Shown: piece by piece, positions 62,471-64,000 of the stretch
Layout of the letters: every line of letters begins with the position of its first letter
Numbering within the stretch: position 1 is the stretch's first letter
DNA from: Raillietiella orientalis
Lineage: Eukaryota
Length of the DNA stretch: 64,000 bases
Direction of reading: 5' to 3'
Assembly (NCBI GenBank): GCA_036172245.1
Contig: JAYWIR010000025.1
Location: forward strand, 2,976,001 to 3,040,000
Position numbers and translations under genes: made by a program
The notes under the pieces: model-generated
Database searches by the model: none
The model's input: the letters and a program-made list of their open reading frames with translations, nothing else
Told to the model about the DNA's origin: nothing

Positions 62471-64000
62471 CTAGGGAGCGGACGTGGTTTGGCATCGCTC
62501 CACGGACTGGTTAGTGGGAAGCTTTTCGTTGGTTGTCTGGTGTGTGGGAGCACCGGTGTCCCATGGCAGAAATGCCTGAGGACACCGCGATGGAAGTTGG
62601 AGGAGGAGAAGCGACACGCTCTCCTCCACCAATGAAAGTGGGGGCATCCTCCCCCACGGAATCCGGAGCACTTGCCCCCTCGGAATCGGGGGCAACCGCC
62701 CCTTCGCGACCCTCTTCGCCATTGGCGAGGAGTTGGAGTGACGTCGTTGCTGCACCATCCCCGGATGCAGTAGCGGAGCAGACTGCCTACAAGGACAGCG
62801 GCTACAAGCCGTCTCTGATCTATAAGGTAGGCAGTGTGTTTGATGAAAAAATTGCACGCTCCTTCGAAATGGAGCTGCAAAGGCTGAACGTGAGGGAGGA
62901 AGACCTTTTAGGCCTATCCGTCCTTAGTGGGGGCCAGCGAGTTGAGCTGACATGCAAAGAGGCAAGTCTGGCGCAGCGACTGCTGAACACCCCTATTACG
63001 GTGGACGGCCGCAGGATCTTCCCTGTGACGGAGGACCGCTCCGTCGTGGTCCACCTCACAGGTGTATCACTCCGAATGGACAAAACCAGCGTCCATGAGG
63101 AGTTGTCGAAGCATAGTAGTGTGCACGCGTATTGGGCCAAACCCAATGTCTTCCGAACGTACGGAAGGCTATTCAGTGGGATGGCCGCAGCCCGTGTCAC
63201 CCTACCAGAGAATGGTGGGCTTCCCCACAAACTGAATATCGGCAAAGAAAAAGTCGATGTTTGGTACGTGGGTAAGCCCAAGTATTGTGGCCATTGCGAT
63301 GCTACAGGGCATCTAAAAAAGCGGTGCCCTAACATCCAATGCCACTTATGTGGAAATAAGGGCCACATCCGTCAGGTGTGCCCAAGAAGAGAAATCCCGC
63401 CCCCATCCGCTGCAAAAAAGGCAAAGGGGAAACGCACGGGAGAGACGCATAAACAGAAACAGGCTGTAAACACCCAGATGCCAGTCCCTAAGCCCTCACA
63501 GCAAACGTCGGTTGAGAACACTCCCGACGACGCTGGTGACGGCGAAGGCTGGCAGACGGTACAGCCACGAAGAAAACCCGGGAGTCCCGAACGAAACGCG
63601 GTGAAAACAAAAACGCAGCGCGAAAAACCGTGCCGCGAAAAGCTCCGCGCGTGTTCGGTAAAATTAGAACGTGTGGAGGCACTCGATGCCGCCACCGGGG
63701 GAGCAATCCCCCCCCTCGCGTCCGCCGAAGCCGCGACGGTCGATGGCGAACCCTCTGGCGAAACAGAGGGGGAACCGCGCGCCGCGCTCGACGCGATCGA
63801 GGAGGCCGCCTTCCAGCAGGTGATGGAAGAACTCACGGCTGAACTGCAAGGCCGTGAAAAGAACTCGCGAAAAGGCTTGCGAAGGCCGGCCGCGAGGAAG
63901 GCTCCGGAGGCAGGTGAGGCCGATCCGGACGTCGAAAGTGCATCCTCTTCAGCGGAGGCGCCACCAAAGAAGACGGGACGTAAGTCTCAGAATCCCAGGA
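62471..64000 (+). mobile_element. L1/Tx1-like LINE 5' part (segment C): short 5'UTR plus an intact ORF1 from ATG 62563, open to the window end
   Basis: Not in the ORF track because it has no stop in the window. MAEMPEDT..GYKPSLIYKVG..VVVHLTG..LPHKLNI..CGHCDATGHLKKRC, CHLCGNKGHIRQVC, GWQTVQPRRK, GRKSQNP. Clearly paralogous to copy A ORF1. Confidence 0.88.

Noticed and set aside
62471..62880. N-terminal half of the 269-aa minus-strand ORF 62071-62880 as a real protein
   Set aside because: It is antisense to the segment C UTR/ORF1. Only the part below ~62470 is genuine ORF2.

Overview
Eukaryotic (metazoan, probably invertebrate) genomic DNA in two compartments. (1) ~1-41.3 kb is GC-rich and largely a graveyard of decayed retroelements: many L1/Tx1-like LINE fragments, a near full-length but broken Utopia/NeSL-type RLE non-LTR element, integrase relics and three copies of a structured tRNA-derived SINE. 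It hosts one clear host gene, a minus-strand NDNF/nord orthologue. (2) ~41.4-59.6 kb is AT-rich and carries three co-oriented housekeeping genes with many ~45-55 bp introns: TAF1A-like, XRCC3 and mitochondrial IARS2. XRCC3 and IARS2 are only 97 bp apart, which is operon-like. The window ends in a nested L1/Tx1 cluster whose geometry fits a twin-primed 5'-inverted insertion. Most ORFs in the supplied track are spurious. All calls come from manual translation and motif recognition; no searches were run.
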